This document shows, in pieces, positions 63,473 through 64,000 of a stretch of DNA of 64,000 nucleotides. Position 1 is the first letter of the stretch. Every line of letters begins with the position of its first letter. Made by a program: the position numbers and the translations under genes. The notes below the pieces were generated by a model. That model did no database searches and was not told the origin of the DNA. It worked only from the letters and a program-made list of their open reading frames with translations. Location: assembly GCF_036971445.1 (NCBI RefSeq), contig NC_091469.1:370450001-370514000 (forward strand), in the 5' to 3' direction. The stretch is from Narcine bancroftii (Eukaryota).

Positions 63473-64000
63473 GTAAGTATATGAAAAACTTGGTGGACTT
63501 TGAGGTATTTTTATCACTGCTAATTACATTATTTATTATTAACAATATAATACTGAAGAAAAACTGCAATGGAGTATGAATGCATCTGGAGTGCCGACCA
63601 CTGCAAAGTTTATGGACCATAACATTCTAACTTGCATTCTGGCAAAATATTTGGCAGAATTGTCACATTTAAGTAATTATAGTGCCTCAGGACTGGGAAA
63701 ATGTTTTACAAACAGTTTTCTCAGCAACTGCATGTTTAGCTCAATTATTAATAGCTGAATCACCGCCAGAAACATTTAATTAATTTTGAATGTATATACC
63801 TAGCAATTTATAAATTGAGTTAGCAAATTAGTTTTTTCTAATTTGAGCTGCTCTAACTATTATTTTTGTTGGATCACAGTTCTGCATACTACCTTGATGT
63901 TAACCCTGAGATTACTTGTAGAGGAGTCAGCTTTGCTTAAGTTTCATACCTGTTCTTTCAGAAGATTAACATCACATGTCCAGTTTACCTCTTCACAACA

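Noticed and set aside
1-64000. A novel multi-gene system (defence, CRISPR-like or viral env-bearing element)
   Set aside because: All long ORFs are explained by known retroelement domains; no env, tyrosine recombinase, intact transposase or RNA gene was recognised.

Overview
This is eukaryotic (vertebrate) genomic DNA, most likely from a cartilaginous fish. That is inferred from the repeat mix: HE1/V-SINEs, abundant CR1, Rex1/Babar, L1, RTE, Penelope and several Gypsy lineages. The window appears to lie inside the + strand gene for the ELK-type voltage-gated K+ channel KCNH8 (Kv12.1). Two coding exons are visible, neither shown in its coding frame in the ORF track: 22522-22653 (132 nt, end of the PAS/PAC domain) and 63345-63472 (128 nt, '[29 protein letters not shown]'), separated by a 40.7-kb intron. 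Everything else is intronic and dominated by transposons. These include a near-intact Gypsy (Mag-like) element with 175-bp LTRs and a 5-bp TSD nested in an L1, an older two-LTR Gypsy, a Gmr1-like element missing its integrase, two near-full-length decayed L1s, many CR1 pieces, two young RTE 3' copies, solo LTRs and a composite hAT MITE. Local rearrangements include a 133-bp inverted duplication, a perfect 97-bp tandem duplication and an inverted/direct duplication cluster. There is one 138-N assembly gap. I see no convincing new multi-gene system; the best leads concern how this intronic architecture could shape KCNH8 isoforms. Repeat boundaries without TSD support are approximate, and family names come from recalled motifs, not database searches.
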